In this document: piece after piece, positions 28,221 to 37,181 of the stretch
Numbering within the stretch: the stretch's first letter is position 1
Layout of the letters: each line of letters starts with the position of its first letter
Position numbers and translations under genes: made by a program
From: an uncultured Chloroflexia bacterium
Lineage (GTDB): Bacteria; Chloroflexota; Limnocylindria; QHBO01
NCBI GenBank assembly: GCA_963805645.1
Contig: CAWDVA010000006.1
Location: forward strand, 192,078 to 256,077
Reading direction: 5' to 3'
Length of the DNA: 64,000 nucleotides
Notes under the pieces: generated by a model
Told to the model about the DNA's origin: nothing
The model's input: only the letters and a program-made list of their open reading frames with translations
Databases searched by the model: none

Positions 28221-29289
28221 CGGTCCGCGCCGGGCGGGCTGCCTGGGCCTCGGCCTCGCCTCGCGGCGCGGTTGCCATCAGGGCGGCGTGCACCGCCCGG
28301 GCCGCCGGATCCGCCTGCTCGAGCGGGACGTCGGCCCACACGACGCGCAGGCTGCCCTCGTCGAACGATCCGGCGCCGTGCGCGGGGATTGGCAGCAGCT
28401 CAGGCATCATGGACGCCGGCCCCACCAGGCTGATCCGGGCGATCCGTTCCTTGCGGTCCACGGCCAGCAGCAGGCGGCCCGGGGCCGGCAGGATGCCGCG
28501 ACGACCGCCGGGCCGCACCTCGGTCATCGGATCCCGGTCGTCCAGCGCCCGCACCACGAGCCGCAGCCGGCCGCGCCGCGCACGCCGCACGGCGACCGGG
28601 TGCACGACCTCGGACCCCAGCTCGGCGAGCAGCTCGAGCTGGCGCGCATCGACGACGTCGAGGAAGCGTGCGCCCGGGACGACGTGTGGATCCGCCTCCA
28701 TGACCCCGCCGGTGTCCTTGAACAGCTCGCAGCGATCCGCCCGCAGCGCAACCGCCAGCACAACGGCCGACAGGTCCGTCCCGCCGCGCCCAAGGGTGGT
28801 GAGCTCCCCGTGGGTCCCGACACCCTGAAACCCCGCCACGACCGGCACCAGGCCCGCCGCCACCGCTCCCCGCAGCGGCCGTGAGTAGACCCGGCGCACC
28901 TCCGCGCCCAGGTGCGCGGCGGCCGTTCGAATCCCCGCCTCCGCGCCGGAGAAGGACCGGGACGGGATCCCGCGCGCCTGCAGGCCCAGGGCGAAGAGCG
29001 CGGCCGAGAGCGCCTCCCCGGTGGCGAGGGCGCGATCCGTCTCGCGTGCGAGCGGCGAATGCGCCTCGTGGTGCGGCTGGCGCAGCGAGCGTCCACCGTC
29101 GGGCAGCAGGACCGCGGCCGACGACAGGATGGTGTCCGTCACTCCCTCGAAGGCGCTCACCACGACGACGGGTCGCTGGCCCCCGGCGCGCTGCGCGGCC
29201 ACCGCGGAGACGGCCGCGGCAATGTCCTCCGGGCGCCGCAGGACCGATCCCCCGAACTTGTCGACGACGATCGGTCCCGGCGGGGTCAT
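28210..29289 (-). CDS. aspartate kinase family protein (short form, single degenerate ACT region)
   Basis: IVVDKFGGSVL...VVVVSAFEGVTD...TLGRGGTDLSAVVLAVAL...DPHVVPGARFL carries the amino-acid-kinase signatures. The product is only 359 aa. Its ATG overlaps the upstream HAD stop (ATGA). Confidence 0.7.
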   Translation of the reverse strand: MTPPGPIVVDKFGGSVLRRPEDIAAAVSAVAAQRAGGQRPVVVVSAFEGVTDTILSSAAVLLPDGGRSLRQPHHEAHSPLARETDRALATGEALSAALFALGLQARGIPSRSFSGAEAGIRTAAAHLGAEVRRVYSRPLRGAVAAGLVPVVAGFQGVGTHGELTTLGRGGTDLSAVVLAVALRADRCELFKDTGGVMEADPHVVPGARFLDVVDARQLELLAELGSEVVHPVAVRRARRGRLRLVVRALDDRDPMTEVRPGGRRGILPAPGRLLLAVDRKERIARISLVGPASMMPELLPIPAHGAGSFDEGSLRVVWADVPLEQADPAARAVHAALMATAPRGEAEAQAARPARTATR

Positions 29290-30032
29290 GGCACCGGCGA
29301 GGGCCGAAAGACCAGCGACGCCAGCTCCGCCAGGCTGCCGATCACCGGCACTCCGGGGGCGTCCGGGGCCGGTGACCCGGCGCCGCCATCGGTCCGGCGC
29401 AGGAGGACGCCTTCCATGCCCGCGGCGCGGGCGCCCACGACATCGGCCTGGTAGGAGTCGCCCACCATCACCGCCCGAGCGGGGGACACGCCGACCCGCT
29501 CGAGGGCGAGGCGGAAGAAGGCCGGGTCGGGCTTGGCGACCCCGGTGGCACCCGAGGCGAGCACGAAGTCCAGGTAGGTCCCCAGGCCCAGCTCGTCGAG
29601 GATCTCCGGCAGCGACGAGCCCCAGTCGGAGACGACGCCGATGATCGGGCTCCCCTCCGCGTCGCCTGTCCGGAGCGCCTGAAGCGCCGGGAGGACGTCG
29701 GGGTAGACGTCCCACGTGTCGGCCGAGAACTGCGCGGCCAGGATCCGCTCGATGAGCGCGCGCCGGCCGCTCATTCCCAGCTCGCGCAGCATGATGTCGT
29801 GGTACCGGCGCCACGTGTCCTCGATGGCGTCGTCCCGTGTCCAGGTGTCGTTGCCGGGCCGGTGGTACTCGTCCCAGAACCAGGTGTCGGCGGCTCGCCA
29901 GGCCCGTCGCAGCTCGTCGGGAGCGGGCGTGACGCCGTGCTCCGCCAGCACCTCGCGCAGGGCGTCGACCAGCGTGCGGCGCGGGGTCAGCAGGGTGAAC
30001 CCGGCATCGAGGCAGACGAGGTCGTATCGCAT
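29286..30032 (-). CDS. HAD-superfamily hydrolase (phosphatase-like)
   Basis: LVCLDAGFTL is HAD motif I with DxG. GVVSDWG is motif II. KPDPAFF...VMVGDSYQADVVGA are motifs III and IV. Confidence 0.7.
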   Translation of the reverse strand: MRYDLVCLDAGFTLLTPRRTLVDALREVLAEHGVTPAPDELRRAWRAADTWFWDEYHRPGNDTWTRDDAIEDTWRRYHDIMLRELGMSGRRALIERILAAQFSADTWDVYPDVLPALQALRTGDAEGSPIIGVVSDWGSSLPEILDELGLGTYLDFVLASGATGVAKPDPAFFRLALERVGVSPARAVMVGDSYQADVVGARAAGMEGVLLRRTDGGAGSPAPDAPGVPVIGSLAELASLVFRPSPVP

Positions 30033-30135
30033 GGGATCCAACACGGTAGCGCACGAGCGGCCCACATGGGACCGATGCCGCGGCCGCCGGCGGTCCTGCT
30101 ACGCTCCGGCGGTGCCGAGCCCGCCTTCATCAGCC

Positions 30136-31050
30136 GTGCTGCGGCGTGTGCGCCGCCGCATCCTGGACTGGTACGCCGCCGCCCACCGCGACTTCCCCTG
30201 GCGCCGAACCACGGATCCCTATGCCGTCCTGGTGAGCGAGGTGATGCTGCAGCAGACGCAGGCGTCGCGCGTCGCGGAGCGATTCCCGCGCTTCCTGGAG
30301 CGCTTCCCGACCGCGGCAGCGCTTGCGACCGCGCCGCAGCGTGCCGTGCTCGCGGAGTGGTCCGGCCTGGGCTACAACCGGCGGGCGCTCGCACTCCAGC
30401 AAGCGGCCGCGATCGTGGCCAGGGATGGCTGGCCAACGGACCCTCCTGCGCTCGAGCAGCTCCCGGGAATCGGGCCCTACACGGCACGGGCGGTGGCGAG
30501 CCTCGCCTTCGGCGTGCCCGCGGGCGTGGTGGACACCAACGTCCGTCGCTGGATCGTGCGCCGCTTCGGGCTGGACCCGGCAGGACCTGACGCCGCACCG
30601 CCAGCCCTCCAGTCCCTTGCGGACAGCCTCGCGGAGCCGGGCTCCACCGCGCCCGCCGGGGAGGTGGCGGACTGGACCCACGCGACGATGGAGTTCGGAG
30701 CAGCGGTCTGCACCGGTCGCGCGCCGGCATGCGAGACCTGTCCGGTCCGGCAGGGCTGTCCGTCGCGGGGTCGCGCGGTTCGGGTGCCGGTCGCTCGCCA
30801 GCCACGCTTCCGTGGCTCGCGCCGTGCGCTGCGCGGTGCCGTCCTGCGGCAGCTGGTGGCGAGCCCGGACCACGCCCTCCCGTTGCGGACGCTCGGCCCC
30901 GATCCGCCATCCGGCATCGCGCCGGCGGGACCCGGGCTCGACGAGGCCGTCGCCTCGCTCGAGGCGGATCGGCTCGTGCACCGCGCCGGCGATCGCCTGC
31001 TTCTGGGCCCGCCGGATGCGCCCGGCGCTGCCGGTACAATCGACGCATGA
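30136..31050 (+). CDS. mutY: A/G-specific adenine DNA glycosylase (MutY family, HhH-GPD plus 4Fe-4S loop)
   Basis: EVMLQQTQASRV, WSGLGYNRRA and LPGIGPYTARAV, followed by the Fe-S loop CTGRAPACETCPVRQGC. GTG at 30136 is in frame. Confidence 0.75.
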   Translation: MLRRVRRRILDWYAAAHRDFPWRRTTDPYAVLVSEVMLQQTQASRVAERFPRFLERFPTAAALATAPQRAVLAEWSGLGYNRRALALQQAAAIVARDGWPTDPPALEQLPGIGPYTARAVASLAFGVPAGVVDTNVRRWIVRRFGLDPAGPDAAPPALQSLADSLAEPGSTAPAGEVADWTHATMEFGAAVCTGRAPACETCPVRQGCPSRGRAVRVPVARQPRFRGSRRALRGAVLRQLVASPDHALPLRTLGPDPPSGIAPAGPGLDEAVASLEADRLVHRAGDRLLLGPPDAPGAAGTIDA

Positions 31051-31694
31051 GCAGCGAGTCCACCATCGTCGATCGCGAGGAGGCGTCGGCCGGGCTGTCG
31101 GTCGCCGTCGGCGCGCCGATCCCGTCCATCGGCCTGCGGGCCAGCGACGGCTATCTCCTCAACCTGCGCTCGTACGTCAAGCGCCAGCCGGTCGCCCTCG
31201 TCTTCTTCGCAGCCCCCACCGCCGAGGGGGCGCAGCTGCGGCGCGGCACGAAGGTGGCGGAGTCCCTGGCTGCCGCACACCGCCGGCTGTCGGCCGCGGG
31301 GATCGCCGTAGTCGGGGTGACCTGCGACAACGAGCGCCAGCAGGCGGAGTGGATCGCCGCCACCTCGTTCCCGTACCTGCTGTTCAGCGACGAGCGCCGG
31401 GCAGCCGTCTCCGTGCTGGGCATCCCCGTCAGCCAGGACGGGGAGAACCACAACGTCGAACAGCCCTGGATCCTGGTCGTGGGCGCGGACGGCCTCCTGA
31501 AGGCCGTCCTGCGTGATCCGGATCCCGAGTATGTCGCGGACCTGGTGCTCGCGGCGGTCCGTCGCTCGCTGGGGTTGGACGACGGCGACGAGCCCCTGCC
31601 GCGCGGCGAGGGACGCGCCGCCGAGGGGCGCGCCGCCGAGGCGTCCGCTCCGGGCGAGAACGCGGCCGGGACCGCGGACCCGCCAACCGCCTGA
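31047..31694 (+). CDS. AhpC/TSA (redoxin) family-like protein lacking the peroxidatic cysteine
   Basis: Thioredoxin-fold spacing (PVALVFFAAPTAEG...VVGVTCDNERQQAEW). The usual T/S-x-x-C position reads AAPT. The ATG overlaps the mutY stop (ATGA). Confidence 0.5.
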   Translation: MSSESTIVDREEASAGLSVAVGAPIPSIGLRASDGYLLNLRSYVKRQPVALVFFAAPTAEGAQLRRGTKVAESLAAAHRRLSAAGIAVVGVTCDNERQQAEWIAATSFPYLLFSDERRAAVSVLGIPVSQDGENHNVEQPWILVVGADGLLKAVLRDPDPEYVADLVLAAVRRSLGLDDGDEPLPRGEGRAAEGRAAEASAPGENAAGTADPPTA

Positions 31695-31701
31695 GCGTCC
31701 G

Positions 31702-32733
31702 GTGCTCGCCGTCCGCCTCCACGCGGCCGGGGAGCCGCTGCGGCTCGAGGATCGTCCGCTTCCCGGCCCCGCCGGGACGCAGGTTCGCGTCGCCGTCGCG
31801 GGATGCGGCGTCTGCCATACGGATCTGCACATCGCGCGCGGCGTGATGACCCGGGTGGAGCTCCCGCTCACCCCGGGGCACGAGATCGCGGGACACATCG
31901 ACGCGGCAGGCCCGGACGCCGCCGCTGCGCTGCACGAGGCGGGACTCGCGGCCGGTGATGCGGTCATCGTCTTCGGCGGCTGGGGATGCGGCCGCTGCGC
32001 CGACTGCCGGGCCGGCGAGGAGCAGCGCTGCCCAACAGGCCGCTCGCCGGGGTTCCAGGAGGACGGCGGCTACGCGGAGGCGGTGCTGGTCCCCCATCCC
32101 CGGCATCTCGTCGCCATCGGTGACCTGGATCCCGTCCGCGCGGCACCCCTGGCCGATGCCGGCGCCACCCCGTACCGCGCGGTGCGGCGTGCCGGACCGT
32201 GGCTGCGGCCCGGGGCACGGTGCGTGGTGATCGGGCTCGGTGGTCTGGGCCAGTTTGCGATCCAGTACCTGCGCCGCGCCGGAGTCGGGCGGATCGTGGG
32301 CGTGGACCCCGATTCGGCCAAGGGATCACGCGCGACCGCCCTGGGCGCCGATGCCGTGATGGAAGGGCCGGACGCCGCCGCGATCCGCGGCGCACTCGGC
32401 GGCGATGCGCACGTGGTCTTCGACATGGTGGGTACCGACGCGACGCTCGAGGAGGCCGCGCCTCTCGTGGCGGCCGACGGGCTGCTCATGCTGGTGGGCG
32501 AGGGCGGCGGGCATGCCCGGTTCGGGTTCAACGCCGCCCTCGAGAGCTGGGTCACCACGACGGCCTGGGCGTCCCTCGCCGACCTGCGTGCGGTCGTCTC
32601 GCTGGCGCGGCAGGGCACGCTGGACTGGGAGGTGGATCCGGTGCCCCTGCGGGACGCGAATGCGGCGCTCGAGCGCCTCTCTCGGGGCGGCGTCCCGGGG
32701 CGGATCGTGCTGGTGCCCGGCGTCACCGCCTGA
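31702..32733 (+). CDS. zinc-dependent alcohol dehydrogenase (MDR family)
   Basis: GVCHTDLH and GHEIAGHI catalytic Zn ligands. Structural Zn Cys cluster CGRCADCRAGEEQRC. GLGGLGQFAIQY Rossmann motif. Confidence 0.8.
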   Translation: MLAVRLHAAGEPLRLEDRPLPGPAGTQVRVAVAGCGVCHTDLHIARGVMTRVELPLTPGHEIAGHIDAAGPDAAAALHEAGLAAGDAVIVFGGWGCGRCADCRAGEEQRCPTGRSPGFQEDGGYAEAVLVPHPRHLVAIGDLDPVRAAPLADAGATPYRAVRRAGPWLRPGARCVVIGLGGLGQFAIQYLRRAGVGRIVGVDPDSAKGSRATALGADAVMEGPDAAAIRGALGGDAHVVFDMVGTDATLEEAAPLVAADGLLMLVGEGGGHARFGFNAALESWVTTTAWASLADLRAVVSLARQGTLDWEVDPVPLRDANAALERLSRGGVPGRIVLVPGVTA

Positions 32734-32830
32734 GGCGCGGCCGCGGGCTGCACCGGTTGCCTTCCCGCGGGACCGGGGGTACAACTACGCAACCATTGGA
32801 GAAGCCCGGGGGCGACCGCGCAACCGCACC

Positions 32831-33409
32831 ATGACCGACGATTCGAACCGGGATGCCTACCGCATCCTCCAGGTCGATCCTGGTGCCCACCAGGTGGTCA
32901 TCCGAGCCGCCTACCTGGCCCTCGCCCGGCGCTACCACCCCGACGGCGACGTGCCCGATCCCGCGTGCATGGCCGACCTGAACCACGCCTATGACCTCGT
33001 CCGGGACGAGGAGCGCCGCCGGCTATACGACGCGCGGCGAGCGGTTCTGGGAACGCAGGCGCCGGCGGCGGCCAGCAGCGTGCCGGTCGGTCCCGGGCAT
33101 GGTCCCAACGGCAGCCCGCCGAGCGATGCGGCTGGGCGGGTGCCGGCCGGCGTCGGAGCCGCTCCGGGGGCCGAGCGCTCGGCTGCCGAAGTGGCCGGTC
33201 CGTTCCGCCGCGCACGACCCGAAACCGGGGCGTCCGACTCGAGCCGGCTCGACTTCGGCCGGTACTCCGGCTGGTCCCTGAGCGACCTCGCGCGCCACGA
33301 CCCCGACTATCTGCGCTGGCTCAGCCGGCACTCATCCGGGCTTCGCTACCGGCAGGAGATCCTGCGGCTGCTACCCGATGGGGCGAACGTGGGACGCGAT
33401 CGGCGCTGA
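32831..33409 (+). CDS. J-domain (DnaJ-like) protein
   Basis: DAYRILQVDPGAH...AAYLALARRYHPD carries the HPD motif. GGAGA Shine-Dalgarno sequence upstream. The C-terminal domain is uncharacterised. Confidence 0.65.
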   Translation: MTDDSNRDAYRILQVDPGAHQVVIRAAYLALARRYHPDGDVPDPACMADLNHAYDLVRDEERRRLYDARRAVLGTQAPAAASSVPVGPGHGPNGSPPSDAAGRVPAGVGAAPGAERSAAEVAGPFRRARPETGASDSSRLDFGRYSGWSLSDLARHDPDYLRWLSRHSSGLRYRQEILRLLPDGANVGRDRR

Positions 33410-33417
33410 GCCGCCGC

Positions 33418-34251
33418 TCAGTCGCGATTGATCAGGCGGGACAGGAAGCCCTTGGGGGCGGGCGGCACGTAGTACGGCGGGCCCACCGATTCGTAGTGCG
33501 CCCGGAGTGCCGGTGCGCGCAGGTCGGTGACGACGAGATCGCGCCGGGAGCCGAGATGCTCGATCGCCAGGGCGTGGAGGCGGTTGCGCGCCACGTCGAA
33601 CTCGGACAGTTCCGCGTCATCTGCCAGCTCGACGCCCACGGTCCATGCCGTGCCCACGCGCAGCAGCCAGGCGCGCTGCACGGCCGGCAGCTCGGTGAGC
33701 GCGGCACGGAGCTCGCCGCCGAATGGCTCGGGAACGCTGGTCGGCTGCTCCAGGGGCGGCAGCGCGCCCAGGGGCCGGCGGGCGCGCAGCACCGCCGGCG
33801 AGGCCAGGTCGATGCCGGCCACGAGGAAGGGAAGGATGCCGGCAGGGATCTCGACCTGCCCGTTCCAGCCCGGGTCCACGATCACCCGCTCACCGGCGCG
33901 CTCTGCCAGCTCCAGGAGCTCCCGGCCCCGGACGGTGACATGGTCGCTGCCGGAGGGACCCAGCTGCTCGAATGCATCCGGGCTGCTGAACGCGGCCAGG
34001 AAGCGGCCCTGCTCGTCAGTTCCGTGACGCATGCCGTCCACGGTCACCCCGGCCGGATCCGGCGATTGGCCGCTGGACGAGCGGATGGGGACGATCAGGT
34101 CTCGACCGAGGAGAGCGGCCGCCCCCTCGGCAGGGGCATCGGCCGGGAGGTCGCCCGCCTGCTCCTGGTCCGGCGGAACCTGCTCCGGAGCCGCCGTATC
34201 GGGCGGCACGGGATCCGGCCAGTCGAGGCCCTCGGGACGCTCGTCGCTCAC
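33418..34251 (-). CDS. SseB-like family protein
   Basis: LIVPI...FLAAFSSPDAFEQL...VIVDPGWNG resembles the SseB domain (FTS-x-x-AL pattern). Confidence 0.45.
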   Translation of the reverse strand: MSDERPEGLDWPDPVPPDTAAPEQVPPDQEQAGDLPADAPAEGAAALLGRDLIVPIRSSSGQSPDPAGVTVDGMRHGTDEQGRFLAAFSSPDAFEQLGPSGSDHVTVRGRELLELAERAGERVIVDPGWNGQVEIPAGILPFLVAGIDLASPAVLRARRPLGALPPLEQPTSVPEPFGGELRAALTELPAVQRAWLLRVGTAWTVGVELADDAELSEFDVARNRLHALAIEHLGSRRDLVVTDLRAPALRAHYESVGPPYYVPPAPKGFLSRLINRD

Positions 34252-35759
34252 GCGGTCACCCCCGATGCGCCCAGCCGCGCCAGCGCGGCGTCGATGCGGT
34301 GCAGCACCCGTTTCCGGCCGAGGAGCGCCATCGAGCCGAAGAGGGGCGGCGAGACGGTCCGGCCGGTGATCGCCACCCGGATCGGCTTGAAGAAGTCACC
34401 GGCCTTCCAGCCATGTGCCTGGGCCGCTTCCCGGCAGCCGGTCTCCAGCGCCCCTGCCCCGAACGCGTCATCGGGGACGGCGGCGATCGCCTCCCGGGCG
34501 CGTCGCAATCCGTCTGCGGTCGCGGCGACATCGGCCTTCTTCGGCAGGAGCTCGTCCACCGGGTATCGCGCTGCCACCTCGTCGTCGGTCTCGGCCAGGA
34601 AGGCGACCAGCTCGCCCGCATCGGCCAGGCGCACGAGGCGCTCGCGGATGAGCGGCGTGACGCCCAGGAGCACCGCGTCGGCCAGGCCGGGAGAGACGAA
34701 CGGGCGCAGGCGGTGCGCCAGCTCCTCATCGCTGAGCGCACGGATGTAGACGCCGTTGAGGTGATCCAACCGGTCCCGGTCGAAGACCGCGCCGCCCTTG
34801 TGCACGCTGGTGAGCTCGAACCGCCGCGTCAGCTCGTCCAGGCTGAAGAGCTCCTCCTCCGTCCCCGGCGACCAGCCCAGGAAGGCCAGGAAGTTCACGA
34901 GCGCCTCCGGCAGGTAGCCCTGGTCGCGGTACGCGCTCATCGCGGTCTGGCTCTTGCGCTTGCTCATCTTGGTCCGGTCGGGATTGAGGATGAGCGGCAG
35001 GTGGGCGAAGACCGGTTCCGGATAGCCCAGGGCTCGGAAGAGCAGGATGTGGAGCGGCGTATTCGACAGGTGGTCCTCCCCGCGGATGACATGGCTGATC
35101 TGCATGGCATGGTCGTCGACGGCCACCACGAAGTGGTAGAGAGGGCTCCCGTCCGAGCGCACGATCACCCGATCGCCGCCCAGCGCGTCCGCCTCGATCT
35201 CGACGTGGCCGCGCACCATGTCCTCGAAGACGATGCGCTCGTCGGGGACCCGGAAGCGAATCGCGGGGCGCCGGCCCTCCGCCTCGAAGTCGGCCCGCTC
35301 CGCATCGGTGAGGTGCCGACAGCGCCCGCTGTAGCGCGGAGGCTGGTGCCGGGCCTCCTGCTCCCGCCGCACCGCCTCCAGCTCCTCCGATGTGCAGTAG
35401 CAGTAGAAGGCGTGCCCGGCATCCAGGAGCCGCTGCGCCTCCGCGGCGTAGCGCTCCGTTCTCTCGCTCTGCCGGTAGGGCCCGTACGCACCGATCTCCT
35501 CGCCGCCGGCGACCTGCGGGCCCTCGTCCCAGGTGATCCCCAGCCAGTGCAGGTTGTCGATGATGTCGCGCTCGTACTCGGGCGTGCTCCGCACCAGGTC
35601 GGTGTCCTCCACCCGCAGCACGTACGTCCCGCCGACATGGCGGGCGAACAGGAAGTTGTAGAGGCTGGTGCGCGCGGTGCCGATGTGCAGCGGCCCGGTT
35701 GGGCTGGGCGCCATGCGCACGCGGATCGGGCGGTCGGAGCCGCCGGAGGGTGAGCTCAT
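34248..35759 (-). CDS. gltX: glutamate--tRNA ligase
   Basis: HIGTARTSLYN is the HIGH motif and KMSKRKS is the KMSKS motif. ATG at 35759. The track TTG at 35822 would add 21 aa. Confidence 0.9.
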   Translation of the reverse strand: MSSPSGGSDRPIRVRMAPSPTGPLHIGTARTSLYNFLFARHVGGTYVLRVEDTDLVRSTPEYERDIIDNLHWLGITWDEGPQVAGGEEIGAYGPYRQSERTERYAAEAQRLLDAGHAFYCYCTSEELEAVRREQEARHQPPRYSGRCRHLTDAERADFEAEGRRPAIRFRVPDERIVFEDMVRGHVEIEADALGGDRVIVRSDGSPLYHFVVAVDDHAMQISHVIRGEDHLSNTPLHILLFRALGYPEPVFAHLPLILNPDRTKMSKRKSQTAMSAYRDQGYLPEALVNFLAFLGWSPGTEEELFSLDELTRRFELTSVHKGGAVFDRDRLDHLNGVYIRALSDEELAHRLRPFVSPGLADAVLLGVTPLIRERLVRLADAGELVAFLAETDDEVAARYPVDELLPKKADVAATADGLRRAREAIAAVPDDAFGAGALETGCREAAQAHGWKAGDFFKPIRVAITGRTVSPPLFGSMALLGRKRVLHRIDAALARLGASGVTA

Positions 35760-35830
35760 CGGTGCTGCGATGGTAGCAGGAGCGCCCGGATGCGCCCGGC
35801 GCGCCGCATCGGTCCAGCACAATACGGGGC

Positions 35831-36562
35831 ATGTTCCTGACCGGGACCCTGCTGAACGTGGCGACCGTGCTCATCGGGACCACGATCGGCGTGCTCGCCG
35901 GCACGCGGATGCCGGCGGCCATGCAGGGCAGCCTCACCACCGGCCTGGGCTTCTTCACGCTCCTGCTGTCGGTGGGGATGGGCCTGCAGATCCTGGGACC
36001 CGACGTCCCGCGGGGTGATGACCTGGCGATCCTGGCGGCCCTGCTGGCGGGGATCGTGGCAGGCGAGCTGCTGCGGCTGCACGACGGCCTGGAGTCGCTC
36101 GGGGCCTGGTTCCAGCGCCGGCTCTCGTCCGGCGCACGGCCCCGCCGCATCGCCGAGGGGTTCGTGACCGCATCGCTCGTCTTCTGCGTGGGCCCGCTGA
36201 CCATCCTGGGCTCGCTCGACAACGGCCTGCGCGGCGACGTGACCCTGCTCTCGGTGAAGTCGCTGCTCGACGGGGTGGCGAGCATGGCCTTCGCTGCCGC
36301 CCTGGGACCGGGGGTCTACCTGTCGGCAATCACCGTGCTCGTCGTCCAGGGCGGCATCGCCGGCGCGGCCTTCCTGCTCGCCGACGTCATGGATGCAATG
36401 ACGATCCTGTCGATCACCGCGGCCGGCGGCCTCATCCTGATGGGCGTCGCCCTGCGCCTCCTGGATCTCAAGGCGGTCCGCGTCGCGAACTTCCTGCCCG
36501 CGCTGGTGCTGGCGCCGATCTTCATCCGCATCGCCGGGCTGATCCGCGACGCCCTGCCCTGA
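35831..36562 (+). CDS. DUF554-family (YqgA-like) membrane protein
   Basis: Typical DUF554 size and hydrophobic pattern (LLNVATVLIGTTIG...GDVTLLSVKSLLDG). Confidence 0.65.
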   Translation: MFLTGTLLNVATVLIGTTIGVLAGTRMPAAMQGSLTTGLGFFTLLLSVGMGLQILGPDVPRGDDLAILAALLAGIVAGELLRLHDGLESLGAWFQRRLSSGARPRRIAEGFVTASLVFCVGPLTILGSLDNGLRGDVTLLSVKSLLDGVASMAFAAALGPGVYLSAITVLVVQGGIAGAAFLLADVMDAMTILSITAAGGLILMGVALRLLDLKAVRVANFLPALVLAPIFIRIAGLIRDALP

Positions 36563-36589
36563 AGACCGGGGCGTCGCGAGGGCTGCGGC

Positions 36590-36964
36590 CTACGAGTCGT
36601 CGCGGTCTTCGAGGCGCAGCACCCGTCGGAACCGTCCGACCCAACCCACCTCCGCCTGCCGCTCCTCCGTGTGCTCCGGCAGGGATGCGAGCTGGTCCGC
36701 CGTGAATGCGACGTCGAGGTAGGACGGAGTCATGAGCGTGACGTCGTCGGCAGGGACGAAGACCTGGCGACCGTTCGCCTCGAGCTGGACGATGATCCCG
36801 TGGAAGATGTCGTCCTCCTCCGAGGCAAGGAGGTCGGCCAGGTAGCCGACCGACTGGGCATCCGCACTGCGGACGGGCGTGCCTTCGCGGACAGCCAGCC
36901 AGGCGATCGGCTGATCGGGCGACAGAGGCTGCTCCTGCGCTTCATGCTCTTCGTTCACGTCCAC
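36590..36964 (-). CDS. small hypothetical protein (124 aa)
   Basis: GTG at 36964 is preceded by a GAAGGGAGG Shine-Dalgarno sequence. The long track ORF is a spurious extension. Confidence 0.45.
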   Translation of the reverse strand: MDVNEEHEAQEQPLSPDQPIAWLAVREGTPVRSADAQSVGYLADLLASEEDDIFHGIIVQLEANGRQVFVPADDVTLMTPSYLDVAFTADQLASLPEHTEERQAEVGWVGRFRRVLRLEDRDDS

Positions 36965-37036
36965 CTCCCTTCGTGTTCGCACCACGCTGGCCCGGACCTT
37001 TCCGGATCCGGCGCTGCGTGCATGCCGGACAGCGTA

Positions 37037-37066
37037 GACCCCCGCCGACATGCGCCGACGGGGGTC
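37037..37066 (-). terminator. hairpin gacccccg...cgggggtc downstream of the asparaginase gene
   Basis: 8-bp GC stem with a 14-nt loop. Confidence 0.25.
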
Positions 37067-37181
37067 AGCACGCCAGACGGGCGGCGTGTCAGATGAACCC
37101 ACCCCCACCCCGGGTCCCATGAAACGGGGTGACCGGCTGGGGCGACAAGAGGCGACCGTCGCAATCGGGCCGCGGGCCTGG

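Noticed and set aside
34299-35753. 484-aa plus-strand ORF antisense to gltX
   Set aside because: gltX has HIGH and KMSKS motifs. The antisense frame is low-complexity.
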